A stretch of 64,000 bases of DNA from Candidatus Hydrogenedentota bacterium (GCA_963745075.1 CAVUWV010000032.1:103485-167484), one strand, 5' to 3'. Numbered from the stretch's first letter, positions 21,336 through 31,823 are shown. Numbers and translations: made by a program. Notes: a model not told the origin generated them from the sequence alone.

Positions 21336-21501
21336 GAACATCCCCCTCGCTCCCCCTTCAAAGGGGGAACTAATGGCAACGCTTTGCGTTGCGTTTTGGA
21401 TGAGGCAGAGACCACGACTCGCGGGATGGGGAAGAGTGCATCTTCCCATTGACTGGATTGGTCACATTTCCCCCTTTGAAGGGGGATCAAGGGGGATGTT
21501 C
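21336..21501. repeat. Inverted doublet of a CCCCCTT-n-AAGGGGG REP-like repeat
   Basis: 21336-21369 vs 21468-21501, 34 bp with 2 mismatches; a third copy lies at 61494-61526. Confidence 0.88.
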
Positions 21502-21566
21502 AGTCGCTGGATGTACTGGACTTGGTACCATCGATTCTGCTCAAAATGTGGAGAGCTACATATCCC

Positions 21567-21767
21567 ATGAACATCACCATTAACGGCGAGACAAAACAAA
21601 TCCCGGACGGCTCGACCGTGGCCGCCCTGCTGAAGGAACTCGGACTCGATCCACAAGCGACCGTCGTCGAGCGAAATGCAGATATCCTTGAGCGCGCGAA
21701 GTATCCCGACACGGCCCTCGCGAATGGAGACGCGCTTGAACTGGTCCGGTTTGTCGGAGGCGGCTGA
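21567..21767 (+). CDS. thiS: Sulfur carrier protein ThiS
   Basis: MNITINGE...VVERN...ELVRFVGGG, C-terminal GG. Confidence 0.93.
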   Translation: MNITINGETKQIPDGSTVAALLKELGLDPQATVVERNADILERAKYPDTALANGDALELVRFVGGG

Positions 21768-22432
21768 TGACGCTCGCTCAACGGATGGTGCGGTTTGAAG
21801 ACACCGACCTCTACGTCGTGATTACGGAACGGTTCTGCGGGGGTCGGTCCCCGCTTGCCGTGTTGGACGCCGTGCTGGAAGCGGGTGTCCGCCTCGTTCA
21901 GTTCCGCGAGAAGGATATCGAGGGGCGCGACCTGTTCGAGCGCGCATTGAAATTCCGGGAACGCACGCGCGAGGCGGGGGCATTACTCATCGTGGATGAC
22001 CGCGTGGACATCGCGGTCGCCGTGGATGCTGACGGCGTGCATCTCGGCGAATTCGACCTGCCCATAGACGTTGCTCGCCGCGTCGCGCCGGAGCTCATCG
22101 TCGGTGCTTCGTCCCATAACCTCGATGAAGCCCTTGCTGCGCAAAAGGCTGGCGCGGGCTACGTCAACATCGGCCCCATTTTCTCAACCCAGACCAAGTC
22201 CGTGCCTACCGGTGCCGTCGGACCCGAGATGATCGACCGCATCGCACCCCATCTCACCATCCCCTGGACCACCATGGGCGGCATCAAACGTCACAACATC
22301 GACCAAGTCCTCCAACATGGCGCAAGACGCGTCGCGGTTGTCACGGCAGTAACGGAAGCCAAGGACGTGCGCGCCGCCGCCACGGAGTTCCGCCAAGCCA
22401 TCCTGGAAAGCCGATCGGGGACCGTCGCGTAG
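21767..22432 (+). CDS. thiE: Thiamine-phosphate synthase
   Basis: VQFREK, DDRVDIA, DGVHLG, GPIFSTQTK, MGGI. Confidence 0.92.
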   Translation: MTLAQRMVRFEDTDLYVVITERFCGGRSPLAVLDAVLEAGVRLVQFREKDIEGRDLFERALKFRERTREAGALLIVDDRVDIAVAVDADGVHLGEFDLPIDVARRVAPELIVGASSHNLDEALAAQKAGAGYVNIGPIFSTQTKSVPTGAVGPEMIDRIAPHLTIPWTTMGGIKRHNIDQVLQHGARRVAVVTAVTEAKDVRAAATEFRQAILESRSGTVA

Positions 22433-22452
22433 GCCGAACCGGACGCGTTCGG

Positions 22453-23476
22453 CTAGGCGGAAGGAACGGCGACGGGGAAGGTGCTCGTATTCGCCGCCTG
22501 TTGCGCGAGCAGGGCAATGCGGGAACTGCGCAGCACGCGATCCGTGTGTAAGCCGTCCATGTTCGGTGTGCCGGCGACGTCGAGCAGAAAATCGTCGAAG
22601 AATCCCCCGGTCAGATGTGGCGCAATGGGCTCCTCGATGGTTCTTTTTGAGTCGTGGCGATACAGGTGCACCTTCGTATCGTTGCACGACGTTCTCGATC
22701 AGGCCCGCTGAACCCGCGATGGTGAAGCGCCAGTACGCCGGATTCGTATATCCCGTGGAATCGGCGCTCAAGTACGACACGTCGCCCTGCGCGGACCCCT
22801 TGTTGTCGAGTTCCAGCATCACGGTGCCGCCGTCCTGAAAGTCGGGATGCTGTGGTAGACGCGCGTTCCAGCCGCGCGCCCCGGTAACCTTCGCGATTTG
22901 GCGGTCCGTCAGCCACGGGATGATGTCGATGGCGTGGACGCCGATGTCGTTCACCGTGCCGCCGTGTTTCCCCGGTTCGAAATACCACTTGGGCCGCTTC
23001 GCGTAGCTGAGGGGATGCAATCCGAGAAAGGTTATCGTGTGCACTTCGCCGACGCCGCCGTTCCGAATCATCTTACGCAGCGTGATGTAGGGGCCGAGAT
23101 TCGGCAGATCCAGCATGCACCCGACCGCGCGGTGCTTGCTGTACGCCAATTCCTGGATGCGGTCGAGTTCGGTCAAGCTGGTGCACAACGGCTTGTCGCC
23201 CAAAATGTGCTTTCCCGCTTCCAAGGCGGCAATCAGACGTTGCCCCCGGATGGAAAAGTAGTCGCCGCAGGCAATCACGTCGCACTCCGCCGATTCCAGC
23301 ATTTCCTCATAGGTCCGGTGAGTGATGTGGACGCCCTGTTCCATTGCCGCGGCCCGGGCTTCCGGATCTTCCTCGCACGCGGCGGAAATCGCAGCGTCAC
23401 CCCGTTCCTTCAGCAGACGATACAGGGCCATAATATGGCCGTGACGAAACCCGACAAAGGCAATCTTCAACACCAT
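22453..23476 (-). CDS. Gfo/Idh/MocA oxidoreductase, frameshift near 22695
   Basis: IAFVGFRHGH, AGKHILGDKPLC, GGTVNDIGVHAID; C-terminus continues in ORF 22453-22671. Confidence 0.85.
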
Positions 23477-23575
23477 ACTTCGAAACACTCCATGGAGATT
23501 TCCTTCCGTTCGTACAGGCGCGCGCCACGATGATTTCACTATACCGCACCAAAGGCGGTCGGGTACACGGAACCG

Positions 23576-23620
23576 ATAGATGTTGACACAATAGATGTTT
23601 TACGGTATAATTAGACCGTA
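23576..23620 (+). promoter_or_regulatory. Consensus sigma70 promoter overlapped by a probable MarR operator
   Basis: TTGACA(23583)-N17-TATAAT(23606); palindrome TACGGTataattagACCGTA at 23601-23620; ATAGATGTT repeated at 23576 and 23591. Confidence 0.85.
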
Positions 23621-23639
23621 CGACAGAAGGAGACGACCG

Positions 23640-24113
23640 ATGGCCGATTCGGTGTTGGGCGCGGAAATCAAACAGCGCAAAGGATTTGACAGCCCCCAGG
23701 AGGAAGCAATGCTTAACCTCCTGCGCACGCACAGCGTACTTATGGGGATTTCTTCGACCCTGTTAAAGGAACGGAACCTGTCGCTGCCGCTCTACAACAT
23801 CCTGCGCATTCTGCGCGGAGCGGGCGACGACGGCGTGCGGGTACACGATATCGGCGATCGCATGATTGCGCGCGAGCCCGACATGACACGGCTCGTCGAT
23901 CGCCTCGAGAGACTCAAACTCGCCCGCCGGCAGCGCTGCAAGGAAGACCGGCGCGTCATCTTCGTACACGTTACGCCGGCCGGCTTGAAACTGTTGGCGG
24001 CGTTGGATGAACCCGTCCGGAAGATGCACCAGCACGCGCTGGGGCACATGAGTGCAACCGAACTGGCGACGCTCAGCCGGCTCCTGGTCAAAGCCCGGCA
24101 ACCGCACGGGTAA
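23640..24113 (+). CDS. MarR-family transcriptional regulator
   Basis: YNILRILRG, PDMTRLVDRLE, EDRRV..V.VTPAG; AAGGAG RBS. Confidence 0.9.
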   Translation: MADSVLGAEIKQRKGFDSPQEEAMLNLLRTHSVLMGISSTLLKERNLSLPLYNILRILRGAGDDGVRVHDIGDRMIAREPDMTRLVDRLERLKLARRQRCKEDRRVIFVHVTPAGLKLLAALDEPVRKMHQHALGHMSATELATLSRLLVKARQPHG

Positions 24114-24321
24114 CGGCAATGGAACGTTAATGGGCTGGACGCCCGATAAACGAGAACAGGGACTCGTGGTCCTTTAACTTGGATTCGCCTTGTGTCCCTT
24201 TCGTCCTATAGGTCCGTTTGGTTCTTTGGTTTCGCAAGACATAAAAGGGATTACTTCAGACAAACACCTGTTTTAACGACTATTTCGGCGGGCGCAGGCC
24301 CGCAACGAAAAGGAGGTCCTA

Positions 24322-24738
24322 ATGAACGCTGCGATCACCCGATTTGCGCCCCTCGCCGGGCGAATTCTGTTGAGTGCGATCTTCCTGTTCAGCGCATTCG
24401 GAAAGATCACGGATTGGTCCGGCACGGCCGGATATATGGCATCGCGCGGAATGCCGGCGGTCCCGTTCTTTCTCTTCATGGCGATCGTTTTCGAGTCGCT
24501 GGGCGGACTGTCCGTACTGACCGGCTTCAAAGCCCGCTGGGGCGCGGCGGCACTGTTCGTCTTTCTGATTCCGACCACGCTGATCTTCCACGCATTCTGG
24601 TCGGCCGGGCCGGACATGTTTCGCATGCAACTGATCAATTTCATGAAGAACGTAGCCATCATGGGCGGCTTGCTCCAAATCGTCGCCCATGGACCCGGTG
24701 CGTTGAGTCTCGGACAGAAGGACACGACTTCCCCGTAA
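24322..24738 (+). CDS. DoxX-family membrane protein
   Basis: GRILLSAIFL.S..GKI, IFHAFW, FMKNVAIMGGLL, GPGALSL; AGGAGG RBS. Confidence 0.9.
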   Translation: MNAAITRFAPLAGRILLSAIFLFSAFGKITDWSGTAGYMASRGMPAVPFFLFMAIVFESLGGLSVLTGFKARWGAAALFVFLIPTTLIFHAFWSAGPDMFRMQLINFMKNVAIMGGLLQIVAHGPGALSLGQKDTTSP

Positions 24739-24795
24739 CAGAATTCATTTCGGCAATCTGAATGAAACGTTGTTGACGATGACAGGAGAATTGCG

Positions 24796-25494
24796 ATGAT
24801 TACGGTTCGAAAATCCGACAAGCGCGGCCATTTCGATCACGGCTGGCTGGACACGTATCACACGTTTTCCTTCGGCATGTATCGCGACCGCAACCACATG
24901 GAGTTTCGCGCGCTGCGCGTGATGAACGAGGACCGCGTGCAACCGGGCGAAGGGTTCGGCGAACACGGGCACGAGAATATGGAGATTCTGACCTACGTGC
25001 TCGAGGGCGGTCTCCAACACCGCGACAGCCTGGGGAACGGGTCCGTGCTGCGGCCCGGTATGTTCCAGCGTATGACGGCGGGTTCAGGCATCCGGCATAG
25101 CGAATTCAACGCCTCCGAAACCGAGCCGGTCCACTTATACCAGATCTGGTTGTACCCGGAGCGGGACGGCTTGACGCCGAGTTACGAGGAGCGCACCTTC
25201 AGCGACGACGAGAAACACAACCGCTTGCTCCTCGTGGCGTCTCACGAAGGCGGGAACGGTACAATGACGATTCATCAGGACGCCGCGGTGTACATCGGCG
25301 CCCTGCGACAGCGGCACAACGGTCGCCACACACTCGACGAAGGCCGCCATGCCTGGGTGCAGGTCCTGCGTGGCGCGGTCACGGTAAACGGCAAAGCGCT
25401 GGACGCCTCCGACGGCGCGGCCATCAGCGACGAAACTGAATTGGAGATTCGCGCGACCGCCGACGCCGAAGTTCTCGTATTCGACCTCGCGTGA
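24796..25494 (+). CDS. Pirin-family protein (YhhW-like)
   Basis: RGHFDHGWLDTYHTFSF, LRVMNED, HGHENMEI, MTAGSGIRHSE, QIW. Confidence 0.92.
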   Translation: MITVRKSDKRGHFDHGWLDTYHTFSFGMYRDRNHMEFRALRVMNEDRVQPGEGFGEHGHENMEILTYVLEGGLQHRDSLGNGSVLRPGMFQRMTAGSGIRHSEFNASETEPVHLYQIWLYPERDGLTPSYEERTFSDDEKHNRLLLVASHEGGNGTMTIHQDAAVYIGALRQRHNGRHTLDEGRHAWVQVLRGAVTVNGKALDASDGAAISDETELEIRATADAEVLVFDLA

Positions 25495-25597
25495 TAGTAG
25501 AGGTTTGATGATAACAATATGCATCGAAACTCTTTGCGTCTAACGCCCGAAAGTCGTGCTGATGGAATTCCAATCTCAAGTATGCTAATCATATGGT

Positions 25598-26335
25598 ATG
25601 CATATTGATGGAACTCGCGTAGACGTAGAAGATCGAATACGACGTTCGGTGGCTCATTTCTGGGAAACCAGGACTTCGCAGCACTCAAGGCAGAGAACGA
25701 GCGGCCGTCTTGACCAGGGCGCCCGCGGAGCCGTCACGGGCGGAGCTCAGATGGATGGATTCATTAATCTTTTCACGGACTTGATTCATGACGCCGGTAT
25801 TCCGTCCGCCTGCATCTACAAGAAGAAATCCTTGGAGTTGCCTGGATTCTTTCGTCCAACCAAAGAGTGGGATCTTCTTGTCATAATGGACCAAACACTC
25901 GCCGTGGCGATAGAGGCAAAATCCCAGGTCGGTCCATCCTTTGGCAACAATTTCAATAACCGAACAGAGGAAGCGATGGGGAGTGCCCTGGATCTGTGGA
26001 CCGCATATCGTGAGGGAGCGTTTGGAGCTAAGTTTCAGCCGTTTCTTGGATATTTCTTCATGCTCGAAGATTGTCCGGCATCGAGTCGTCCGGTACGTGT
26101 CAAGGAGCCACACTTTGCGGTATTCCCGGAATTCGTGGGCGCATCCTACGCTCGACGGTACGAGATCTTCTGCAAGAAACTGATTCTGGAACGTCACTAC
26201 ACGGCATCGGCATTCATCACGTCCAATCGTGAAACAGGACTTACCGGGCGGTATGGGTGCCCGGCACCCGAACTTGGCCCAGTAGGCTTCGTGAGATCAC
26301 TTGTTGCGCACGTTGCTCAGGTGTGTCAGTCTTAG
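25598..26335 (+). CDS. XhoI/PaeR7I-family type II restriction endonuclease
   Basis: GAVTGGAQMDGF, LPGFFRPTKEWD, EAKSQVGPSFGNNFNNRTEEA motifs recalled for this family; more AT-rich than the flanks. Confidence 0.85.
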   Translation: MHIDGTRVDVEDRIRRSVAHFWETRTSQHSRQRTSGRLDQGARGAVTGGAQMDGFINLFTDLIHDAGIPSACIYKKKSLELPGFFRPTKEWDLLVIMDQTLAVAIEAKSQVGPSFGNNFNNRTEEAMGSALDLWTAYREGAFGAKFQPFLGYFFMLEDCPASSRPVRVKEPHFAVFPEFVGASYARRYEIFCKKLILERHYTASAFITSNRETGLTGRYGCPAPELGPVGFVRSLVAHVAQVCQS

Positions 26336-26338
26336 CGC

Positions 26339-27297
26339 ATGGAACCAACTACGCACAGACTCATTAACGGAGACGCTCGGGATCTCAGCTTTTTGGATGA
26401 TGGTTCAATTCACCTTGTCGTAACTTCTCCACCATACTGGAATCTCAAGAAATACAATGAGAGCCCAGGGCAGATGGGCCACATCCAGGACTACGAGCAG
26501 TTTTTGAGCGAACTTGACCGAATGCTAACTCACGCCTATCGAGTTTTGGTTCCTGGCGGCAGACTTGTATGCGTCGTTGGAGACGTTTGTGTATCCCGGA
26601 AACGGTATGGACGTTCATCCTTGTCTTTCCCTTGCATGCCGATATTTGCGTGTTGTGCAGGAAGCTGGGATTTGACAACCTAAATCCGATCATCTGGCAC
26701 AAGATTTCCAACGCATCCTATGAGGTCTCGAACGGTTCCAAATTCCTTGGAAAGCCTTATGAGCCAAACGCAATTATCAAGAACGACATGGAATTCTTGT
26801 TGATGCAGCGTAAACCCGGAGGGTACAGAAAGCCGACGGAGGAGCAACGACGTAAGAGCATGATCGCAAAGAAGGATTTTGATCGGTGGTTTCAGCAGAT
26901 ATGGAACCTGCCTGGCGCATCATTAAAGAATCATCCGGCACCATTTCCTCTCGAGTTGGCGGCTCGACTGGTGCGTATGTTCTCATTTGTTGGTGATACT
27001 GTTCTGGATCCATTTTGCGGCTCTGGCACAACCATGGTCGCAGCACTCAGACACGAGCGAAACAGTGTCGGGGTAGAGATCGATTCAGATTACTGCCGCA
27101 TGGCTGCGCGATATCTCAAGGCCGAGAGTGCAGACCTCTTCATGGATGCGGACCTTCAATTCGAACGAGTCGTAAAGAAACGACAACAACAAGTTGTGAA
27201 AGAAGATACCGCATTGTACAGAGTAAGGCCCGCGCCAAAACGCCTTCTGGATGCGTTAAACAAGGACACGGAGTCGAAGCCCGCGGGTGCCAACTAA
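26339..27297 (+). CDS. Site-specific DNA methyltransferase (N4/N6, beta class), frameshift near 26615-26622
   Basis: Catalytic VTSPPY precedes HPAPFP and the SAM-binding VLDPFCGSGTT motif; two overlapping frames. Confidence 0.88.
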
Positions 27298-27387
27298 CGT
27301 ACACCCTATAATTTGACTGCTTGCGCTTCTGCGACCCTTCTGCTATTTCCGGGATAACCATTCGTACCGTCCCTGCGCCCCTTTCCC

Positions 27388-27416
27388 TTGCCCGATCGGC
27401 CTTCTTGCGGTATAGT
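27388..27416 (+). promoter_or_regulatory. Sigma70-like promoter
   Basis: TTGCCC-N17-TATAGT upstream of 27464. Confidence 0.5.
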
Positions 27417-27463
27417 GACTTCGGAGACCGGCTGCCGAGTTACTGCTGTATTTAGGGGATTAT

Positions 27464-29699
27464 ATGGGCGCGTTTGCATTCAAGTCCTCCAAGTGGACCC
27501 TCGATATCGCGACCAAGTTAATTAAGGCGAATATCCGGCTCCACAACGTCGAAAACATTCGCGACGACCTCGCCACCATCTTTGTGGTCAACCACTTTAC
27601 GCGCCTCGAAACCGTCCTTCTGCCTTACATCCTGAACCGGGAGACCGGCAAGGAAGTCTGGTCCCTCGCCGCGGCCGAACTTTTCGTGGGCCGCATCGGC
27701 AAGTACCTGCTCTCCATGGGCAACGTGTCGACCAAGGACCCGGACCGCGACCGCACGATTGTGTGCTCACTGCTGAACGGCGATAACCCCTGGATCATCT
27801 TTCCGGAAGGCGGAATGATTAAAGACAAGAAGGTCGTCGACCATCAGGGCATGTTCACGATCTACAGCAAAGGGTCCCGGCGTCCCCCGCACACCGGCGC
27901 GGCCGTCCTCGCGCTCCGCGCGGAGTTTTACCGGCAGCGCATGGCATTGTTGAAAGGTCAACCGGACGCGCACGAGGATTTGACCAACGTACTCGAGAAA
28001 TTCTGCGTGGTGTCGCTCGATAAAGCGCTCGAACGCCGCACGGCGATCATCCCGGTCAACGTTACGTACTTCCCGATTCGCGCCCACGAGAATATTGTGT
28101 TGCGCGTGGCGCGGGGCATTGCAAAAGATCTCAGCCGGCGCGCGCTCGAAGAACTGTCCGTGGAAGGCACGGTGCTCTCAAAAGACACGGACATCGACGT
28201 GACGTTCGGCGAACCCATCGACGTGAGCGAGTATCTCACGGATCCCGATCTGTCACGCCTGAAAGAAAACCCCGGCGAGGACCTGACGCCGCAGGAGGAA
28301 GATCCCGAGTCCACCTTTAATGAAGCCGCGCGGCGTCTGATGATTCGTTACATGGCGGACATCTACCGCAACACGACCGTCAATTACGACCACATCTTCG
28401 GCACTTTGATCCGGCACCAGCGCGCGCGCAAGTTCACGGAACGCGCCTACCGCAATCGAATCTTTCTATGCGTGCACCAGATCAAACATCTGGGCCAGCA
28501 TCGGTTGCACCACGTGTTGGATCAGTCCTATCGCAACATCATCTACGAAGACCCCAGCAAAGCATTCAATGATTTCGTGGAGTTGTGCATCAACGACGGA
28601 ATCCTGCGGCGCGAGGGCGACTTCTACGTCAAGAATTTTCGCTTGCGACCCGGCCGCGGTAACTTTCAAACCGTCCGGAAAGACGAACTCACGACGGTCA
28701 TCGCCAACGAGGTCGAGCCCTTATCCTTGTTGACGAACCTGATTCGAAACGTCGCCCACACGCCTCGGGCGGTGTTGTCGAGCAAGATCCGATTCGATCT
28801 TTCTCCAGGAAGACCTGGAAATCTTCGAACAGGATTACGCCCGGTTCGCGAAACCCGGCGAAAGCAAGCCGACCGAAGTAGGGCGCCCCTTCCTGTTGAC
28901 GCCGCAACGGTATAAAGCGGGCGTCCTGTTGGTCCATGGTTACATGGCGGCGCCGCTCGAGGTCCGCGCCCTGGCTGAGTACTTTGAAGCCAAAGGCTAC
29001 GCCGCGTACGTCGCGCGATTGCGCGGGCACGGTACCGCCTCGGAAGATCTGGCCCAAACACCGTGGGAAGAATGGTACGAATCGGTCAACCGCGGCTACG
29101 CCATCATTAAGAGCCTGACGGACAACATCATCGTCGGGGGATTCTCCACGGGAGGCGTGTTGGCCTTGTTGGCGGCGGGCAAAAAGGGGGACAAGATCAA
29201 GGCCGTGTTTTCCATCAACGCCCCCCTGCAACTGCGCAACTACATGGCGCGTTTCGCGTCGTCCATCGTGTCCATGAACGGCTTGTTATCGCGCTTCAAA
29301 GGCGGCAGTAACTGGGAATACGTTGAAAACTCGCCCGAAAACAAGCACATCAACTACACGCGCAATCCCGTGACGGGCGTCAAAGAGCTGGGCGAGGCCA
29401 TGCGCGCCATGGAGAACGTGCTCGGCGACATCTGCGTTCCCACGCTGATCGTCCAGGGCCACCGGGATCCCATCGTCGAGCCTTCCAGTGGGATGGGAAT
29501 CTACGAGCAGATCGGCACCCATCTGAAGGAATTGACCTACTTTGATTTCGACCGCCACGGTATCGTTAACGGGCCTGGTTCGGAAGAAGTATTCGATCGG
29601 GTTGACCGGTTCCTCATGTGGGCCCAGGAACGGGAAGCCACCACCCGACTGGAAAAACACGAGGATACCGACGAAGACGACGAGGCCGAAGCGGGTTAG
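27464..29699 (+). CDS. PlsC-like acyltransferase fused to an alpha/beta-hydrolase (esterase), frameshift near 28790
   Basis: NHFTRLE and IFPEG motifs; then LLVHG, GFSTGG nucleophile elbow, D-P-I-V and RHG. No separate start or RBS is evident for the second part. Confidence 0.75.
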
Positions 29700-29719
29700 C
29701 CTCACCTTCCCCCACATCC

Positions 29720-29754
29720 TTCTTGCTTCTTGCTTCTCAATTCGTAGTTGGCAA
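29720..29754 (+). repeat. 7-bp-period tract between convergent genes
   Basis: ttcttgc/ttcttgc/ttctcaa/ttcgtag/ttggcaa. Confidence 0.5.
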
Positions 29755-29757
29755 CCG

Positions 29758-30564
29758 TCAGATCCCGTCGCCATTGCCGTTCGCAATCCGATGATCCATT
29801 TCCAGCGCGGGAACGTCTGTACGCGTGCTGCCGACGATTTCGGCCGGCACACCGGCGGCCGTGCTATGGGGCGGAATGGGCTTGAGCACGACACTCCCAG
29901 CGCCGATCTTCGCCCCTTCGCCCACTTCCACGTTGCCCAGGATCTTGGCCCCCGCGCCGATGAGTACCCCCTTGCGGATCTTCGGATGCCGGTCGCCGTG
30001 CTGTTTTCCCGTCCCGCCGAGCGTAACTTCGTGCAGCATGGACACGTTATCCTCGACAACCGCCGTTTCGCCGATGACCACGCTGGTCGCGTGGTCGATC
30101 AGGATGCCCGAGCCGATCCGGGCGGCAGGGTGAATGTCCACGGCAAAAGTCTGTGAGATCCGGCTCTGCAAAAACAGGGCCAGGGACCGGCGACCGTGGG
30201 TCCAGAAATAGTGCGCGGCGCGGTAGGACTGGAGCGCGTGAAATCCCTTGAAGTAGAGTAACGGCACCGAATACCCGCCGCAGGCCGGGTCGCGGGTCAC
30301 GATCGCCTTGATATCGGCCCGCACCGCCGCCCCGATTGAGGGATCTTTCTTGTACGCCTCGTCCAGCAAGTCCCGCAACGAAATGGCCGTGATGGTCGTA
30401 CTCTCGAGCTTCGCGGCGAGGAGAAACGTCAGGGCATCCTCCAGACTCTTATGGTTGAGGACGACCCCGTAGAGAAAGTTTGCGAGCATCGGTTCGTTCC
30501 GCGCTTCTTCCTCCACTTCCTTGCGTATGGATTCCCAGATGGGATCGACTTTTGGCTTCGTCAT
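29758..30564 (-). CDS. cysE: Serine O-acetyltransferase
   Basis: RDPAC, YFKGFHALQ, DIHPAARIG, IDHAT, VTLGGTGK..GDRHPKI. Confidence 0.95.
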   Translation of the reverse strand: MTKPKVDPIWESIRKEVEEEARNEPMLANFLYGVVLNHKSLEDALTFLLAAKLESTTITAISLRDLLDEAYKKDPSIGAAVRADIKAIVTRDPACGGYSVPLLYFKGFHALQSYRAAHYFWTHGRRSLALFLQSRISQTFAVDIHPAARIGSGILIDHATSVVIGETAVVEDNVSMLHEVTLGGTGKQHGDRHPKIRKGVLIGAGAKILGNVEVGEGAKIGAGSVVLKPIPPHSTAAGVPAEIVGSTRTDVPALEMDHRIANGNGDGI

Positions 30565-30789
30565 GATGCGCTCCCTGCAGCAATCTGTCACTCGGGTTTC
30601 TTACTGCTTCCCAAGGATATGCATGCAAGTGTACACGGCGGAACGCCCGGGTTGCGAACTGCGCCGGGCGCGGCTACCCGGAATGAAGACAGTAATCGGT
30701 GTTGTTTCCCGTCCCTGCTATACTTGCGCGACTACGCGCCCCGGGACGCCTGAAGGCAGGAACCTCCGCGGCCGAAGAAAGGTCTGACG

Positions 30790-31779
30790 ATGTCGCTGTC
30801 GCTGGTTTGGCTTGTGTGTTCGCTGGTAATCCTGACGCTGGGCGCGGAGTCCCTGGTGCGCGGGTCCACGGGGCTGGCCCGCCGGATGGGGGTCTCGTCG
30901 TTCTTCATTGGGCTGACCATCGTCGGGTTCGGAACCAGCACGCCGGAACTGGCCACCGGGATCACCGCCGCGCTCAAGGGCTATGCCGATATCAACATCG
31001 GCAACGTCGTCGGCAGCAACATTTTTAACATCGCCGTTATTCTCGGCATCACCGCTTTGATCGCGCCGATCCCCGTAAACACCTCGGTCGTTCGCAGTGA
31101 AGTCTGGCTCGTCATTGCCACGGCGTTTGTCCCTTTTGTCGCCGTACTCACCGGCGCCGAAGTGACCCGCTTCGAAGGGACTCTCATGGCGGCCGGTCTC
31201 ATCGCCTTCCTCGTACGGGGGTATCGCAAGGCCCGTGCGGAAGGTAACGGTCCCGGCGAAGAAGTTTCCGATCAACTGAGCGCTGCCGCGGCCGGTCCAT
31301 TGATGCGCCTTCCCATTTCCCTGACGCTGATCGTCGTAGGATTGGCCATGTTGGTGGGCGGATCGCACCTGCTCGTCGATTCCGCCGTCCGTATCGCGCG
31401 GATGCTGGGCATTTCGGAGTTGGTCATTGCGTTGACCGTTGTCAGCGCCGGCACCTCGGCGCCCGAACTCGTCACGTCGCTCGTGGCGGCGCTGCGAAAA
31501 CAGTCCGACATCTCGATCGGCAATATTCTCGGATCGAATATCTTCAACGTGCTCGGTATCCTCGGGATCACCAGCATGGTGAAAGGCCAGCACGTGAGCG
31601 CCCAGGTCTTGTGGCTCGACACGCCCGTCATGATCGGCCTGAGCGTCGCCTGCATGCCCATCATGATGAGTCACCGGAAGATCAGCCGGTCCGAAGGTGC
31701 GTTTCTTCTCCTGCTGTTCGCCGGGTATTTGACCATGCTGTTCACGGTGGCGCCTCGCTGGTTCGGCGCCACAGGCTGA
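30790..31779 (+). CDS. Ca2+/Na+ antiporter (YrbG family)
   Basis: Duplicated GTS.PEL and GN..GSNIFN alpha-repeats. Confidence 0.92.
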   Translation: MSLSLVWLVCSLVILTLGAESLVRGSTGLARRMGVSSFFIGLTIVGFGTSTPELATGITAALKGYADINIGNVVGSNIFNIAVILGITALIAPIPVNTSVVRSEVWLVIATAFVPFVAVLTGAEVTRFEGTLMAAGLIAFLVRGYRKARAEGNGPGEEVSDQLSAAAAGPLMRLPISLTLIVVGLAMLVGGSHLLVDSAVRIARMLGISELVIALTVVSAGTSAPELVTSLVAALRKQSDISIGNILGSNIFNVLGILGITSMVKGQHVSAQVLWLDTPVMIGLSVACMPIMMSHRKISRSEGAFLLLLFAGYLTMLFTVAPRWFGATG

Positions 31780-31823
31780 TCGTCCAGCTATCGTTTTCGT
31801 CGTGTCGGGATTGCCCCGAAATG

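Noticed and set aside
30718..31823. 1083-aa kinase extending across the antiporter
   Set aside because: Frameshift read-through; the corrected stop is at 31824.
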